Source of the DNA: Heterodontus francisci
Taxonomy: Eukaryota
DNA: 64,000 nt
Assembly (NCBI RefSeq): GCF_036365525.1
Contig: NC_090390.1
Span: forward strand, 86,146,252 to 86,210,251
Reading direction: 5' to 3'
Shown: positions 61,690 through 64,000 of the stretch, in pieces
Layout of the letters: every line of letters starts with the position of its first letter
Numbering within the stretch: the first letter of the stretch is position 1
The notes under the pieces: model-generated
Seen by the model: only the letters and a program-made list of their open reading frames with translations
Databases searched by the model: none
Told to the model about the DNA's origin: nothing
Program-made: the position numbers and the translations under genes

Positions 61690-64000
61690 CTGAGGAAGTT
61701 CAGTGAGGAGGGAGCAAGGAGCTCCTTTCATTTCCTACCTGTCCTCAGAGTGAGGGGAGCTGAGAGTTTCCAAAGAGCACAGCTGATTGCTGAGTAAGTC
61801 CTGGTGGGTATTTTTCAAAGTGGATTGAATTGTAAGTCATTGTTTTAGCAAGACATTGTTTTTAAAAAAATTATAATCTTCTCAAGTTTTAAATTTCAAG
61901 GGTTTAATCATGGCAGGAGAGCTTGAAGCCGTGGTTTGCTCCTCTTGCTGCATGTGGGAATCCGGGAACATTTCCAGTCCCCGGGACCAGCATGTGTGCA
62001 GGAAGTGTGTCCAGCTGCAGCTCCTGGAAGCTCGGGTTTCAGAGCTGGAATGGCGGCTGGAAACACTGTGGAGCATCCACGAGTCTGAGAGCATTGTGGA
62101 TAGCACGTTTAGAGAGGTAGTCACACCGCAGCTCAAGGGACTTGAGGAAGGAAAGGAATGGGTCACCACCAGGCAGTCCAAGAGAATCAGACAGGTAGTT
62201 CAGGAGTCCCCTGGGGTCCCGCATGCAAATCGGTATTCCATTTTGGAGGCTGATGAGGCTGGTTCCTCCAGGGCGTGCGGACACAGCCAAGCTTCTGGCA
62301 CCGCAAGCAGCCTGTCTGCACAGGAAGGGGGAAGAGAGGAAGAGCAATAGTAATAGGGGATTCTATAGTCAGGGGAACAGATAGGCATTACTGTGGCCGT
62401 CAACGTGACTCCAGGATGGTGTGTTGCCTCCCTGGTGCCAGAGTCCGGGATGTCACTGAACGGCTGCAGGGCATCCTGAAGGGGGAGGGTGATAAGGCAG
62501 AGGTCATGGTACATGTTGGTACCAATGACATAGGTAGAAAGAGGGATGAGGTCTTGCATCAAGAATTCAGGGAGTTAGGCAGTAGACTAAAAAGCAGGAC
62601 CTCTTGGGTTGTAATTTCTGGATTACTCCCAGTGCCACGTTCTAGCAAGTATAGAAACAGGAGAATAGCACAGATGAATGTGTGGCTTAAGAGTTGGTGC
62701 AGGAGGGAGGGTTTTAGATTCCTGGACCATTGGGACCGTTTCAGGGGAAGGTGGGATCTGTACAAGCGGGACGGTCTACATCTGAACCAGAGGAGGACTA
62801 ACATCCTTGCTGGCGGGTTTGCTAGTGCTGTTGGGAGGAGTTTAAACTAACTTGCAGACTCCTAGCAGAATAGGGACACAGCTAAACACAGGAAAGCAAA
62901 CACGTCAGAGGGAATACAGCGGAAGTAAGTTTCAAGGGAGTAAGACCAGGATGGAAGGCCTCTACTTTAATGCCAGGAGTATTGCAGGTAAAACGGATGA
63001 GTTAAGGGTAATGATTGACACGTGGAATTGTGATATAGTAGCCATCACGGAGACATGGTTGAGGGAGGGGCAGGATTGGCAGCTCAATATCCAGGGATAT
63101 AGAATCTTCAGGCGAGACAGAGGAGGGGGTAAAAGAGGAGGGGGTAAAAGAGGAGGGGGTAAAAGAGGAGGGGGTAAAAGAGGAGGGAGCATTGCAATAT
63201 TAGTTAAGGAGTCAGTTACTGCAGTAAGGAGAGATGATATCTTGGAGGGGGCATCAAATGAAGCTATATGGGTAGAGCTTAGGAATAAAAAAGGGACAGC
63301 CACATTGCTAGGTGTTTATTATAGACCCCCAGATCGTCAGCGGGAAATTGAGGAGCAAATATGTGCGCAATTTGCAGAGGTGTGTAAAAATAATAGGGTA
63401 ATTATATTAGGTGATTTCAACTTTCCCAACATTAATTGGGATAGTCATCGTGTTAAGGGCTTAGATGGAGTGGAGTTCTTAAAATGTATACAGGAGAACT
63501 TTTTAGCACCATATGTAGAGGATCCAACAAGGGAGAGTGCAGTGCTGGACCTAATTCTGGGGAATGAAGCCAGACAGGTGGTTGATGTGTTGGTGGGAGA
63601 GTATTTTGGTGATAGCGACCACAACATGGTACAATTTAAGCTTGTTACGGAGAAAGAAATAGACAAGTTGCAAAAAAAGGTTTTGGATTGGGGGAGAGCG
63701 AATTTTAGTAAAATAAGGCAGGATCTGGCCAAGGTGGACTGGAAAGAGTTACTTGTCGGGAAATCTACAGAAGAACAGTGGGGGGCATTCAAAAAGGAAA
63801 TGGGGAGGGTACAGGGCCAACATGTTCCCTCTAGGGTAATAGTTAGGAGCAACAAGCCCAGAGAACCATGGATGACCAGAAACATTCATGGTACGATGAG
63901 AAGGAAAAGAGAGGCTTCTAGAAAATACAAGGAGAGCAAATCAATGGAAGCATTAGTGGAATACAGAAAGTGTAGGATGGAGCTTAAGAAAGCAATTAGG
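61690..64000 (+). mobile_element. CR1 LINE 5' part: 5' UTR, ORF1 (61910-62850, one frameshift), ORF2 open from 62951 to the window end
   Basis: ORF1 CSSCCMW..CRKC and GDSIVRG esterase. ORF2 YFNARS, ITETW, VYYRPP, GDFN and SDHN with no stop in 350 codons by manual translation. Confidence 0.9.

Noticed and set aside
60549-61693. Long ORFs (374, 335 and 174 aa) in three frames
   Set aside because: Artefact of a stop-free 38-bp tandem repeat in a POLL intron.

Overview
Eukaryotic, intron-rich vertebrate DNA. The repeat set (HE1/V-SINEs, CR1, Deu- and Meta-type SINEs, Penelope elements) points to a cartilaginous fish, probably a shark. Two host genes converge: the last four coding exons of O-GlcNAcase (OGA/MGEA5, + strand, stop at 28714) and the last two coding exons of DNA polymerase lambda (POLL, - strand, stop at 53680). 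Most of the rest is nested transposon debris: CR1 and L2-type LINEs, RTE, a Gmr1-like Gypsy, Penelope elements with hammerhead ribozymes, and hAT MITEs. The most striking structure is in the last POLL intron. A ~69-bp minisatellite array has been hit six times at the same nucleotide of the repeat unit by a Tx1-clade LINE or by bare A-tails, which suggests a sequence-specific retrotransposon and its target. Also notable are a single-ORF LINE whose 5' end is a tRNA/Meta-type SINE head (the free SINE looks like its internally deleted form) and tiny TSD-flanked hammerhead-bearing Penelope modules. TE boundaries were read by eye and family names come from recall; no searches were run.
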